Shown: positions 63,194 to 64,000 of the stretch, piece after piece
Layout of the letters: every line of letters starts with the position of its first letter
How positions within the stretch are numbered: position 1 is the first letter of the stretch
NCBI RefSeq assembly: GCF_001194135.2
Contig: NC_068981.1
Span: 193,760,734-193,824,733 of the forward strand
Direction: 5' to 3'
Length of the DNA stretch: 64,000 nucleotides
DNA from: Octopus bimaculoides
Lineage: Eukaryota
Translations under genes and position numbers: made by a program
The notes under the pieces: model-generated
What the model was told of the DNA's origin: nothing
Seen by the model: the letters and a program-made list of their open reading frames with translations, nothing else
Databases searched by the model: none

Positions 63194-64000
63194 CACTGGA
63201 CATGCATTTTTTTTCAAGTTTCTGTCGCATGAGATCTTTCTTACTGATTCTGTTGTTTTTGTAATTTCAAATCTGTCATCGGTTTTGCTCGCCGTACTCT
63301 AGATTTCTTGCAATTTGAAGATGAACTTTTTATACATTTATAGTTAAATTGGACAGATTGAGATACATATATCCTACTTACAAAGAATTAACAATTTTGT
63401 TAATTCTTTGTTTTTTGTGTTTTTCCAGATCTGATCATGCATGGCTTCTTCAAGTAGACATAGATGTGTGCAGTATGAGTGATCCTGATGGCTTCACACT
63501 TATTCGTCAAAGATGCAATATCACTTTGTATGTGAGACGGGCTTCGGAGTTCCCAAGACAAAAAATAGGCCCCTCATGTTGTGTCATAACTGTGAGGAAA
63601 TGCTACGTGACTGGACAAAAGGAAAGCGAAGGGCTTATCGTTTGGAGTTCCTATGGTTTGGCGGGAGCCCAAGGGAACACAAGTGACTGTTATTCTTATA
63701 TGGTCAACGCAAAAACATCAGCAAGAAAAATAGATGAAAAATATATTATTCCAGCATTCCTTCAGCAATTTGACCTATTATACACTCTGAGACACTCTCG
63801 ATTCCAATTTTCCTTGGGTTTACCCCTTCCGAAGACGAAGCTAGCAAACAAGCTAGCAATCAAGAAATTATATCAGAATTCCAAGACCCATGGTACCGAA
63901 AAATCAACTCTTCAATAGTTTGGCTAAATGATTTAATGCCTGATTTTGAACTCTCCAACACTGCAGCTGAAGTTCTAGTGTCCTGATTGCAAGAAAAACA
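63194..64000 (+). mobile_element. Chapaev3-like (CMC) DNA transposon 5' part with frameshifted transposase
   Basis: TAA|CACTGG terminus. Intron-like region with acceptor at 63428. From ATG 63441, a mosaic of frames: MASSSRHRC / SDPDGFTLIRQRCNITLYVRRA / CHNCEEMLRDWTKGKR / GLSFGVPMVWREPK / SDCYSYMVNAK / NISKKNR*KIYYSSIPSAI*PIIHSETLSIPIF. Confidence 0.8.

Noticed and set aside
63349-63918. 189-aa ORF as a novel host gene
   Set aside because: It starts in intron-like sequence and drifts in and out of the ancestral frame of a frameshifted Chapaev-like transposase.

Overview
AT-rich, repeat-dense animal genomic DNA with many N gaps. The repeat landscape (RTE-tailed and tRNA-headed SINEs, (TA)n/(GAT)n microsatellites) looks like an octopod cephalopod; this is inference from remembered repeat families, not a database result. 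Almost the whole window lies inside one minus-strand gene, a DD3-3-like secreted/membrane protein. Exon 1 is 62692-62598, exon 2 is 6914-6861 and exon 3 is 826-740. They splice in phase to METKRYGFICQVVVFLSGILLIEADIYLHNPSGSNNRLAESNVGRNNANRLFDSQNNNKGGYNSRRLYYYTGSKLMIEW..., with a 55.7-kb first intron, and none of the exons appears in the ORF track. The intron holds decayed RTE, CR1, L1/Tx1 and Penelope-like (PLE) retroelements, mariner/Tc1/maT DNA transposons, a Helitron-like element, MITEs, local duplications and inverted repeats. The most notable signal is at least four unrelated short repeat families carrying minimal type-I hammerhead ribozyme motifs. One has the architecture tRNA head-(AAT)n-hammerhead tail, with PLE-style inverted ends and target-site duplications, i.e. 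a candidate Penelope-mobilised ribozyme SINE. Also present: a tRNA-Lys(CTT)/RTE-tail chimera, a DD36E Tc1 element, and a decayed Chapaev3-like transposase head-to-head with the gene, which explains the 189-aa ORF at the right end. No prokaryotic features, CRISPR arrays or rRNA were seen.
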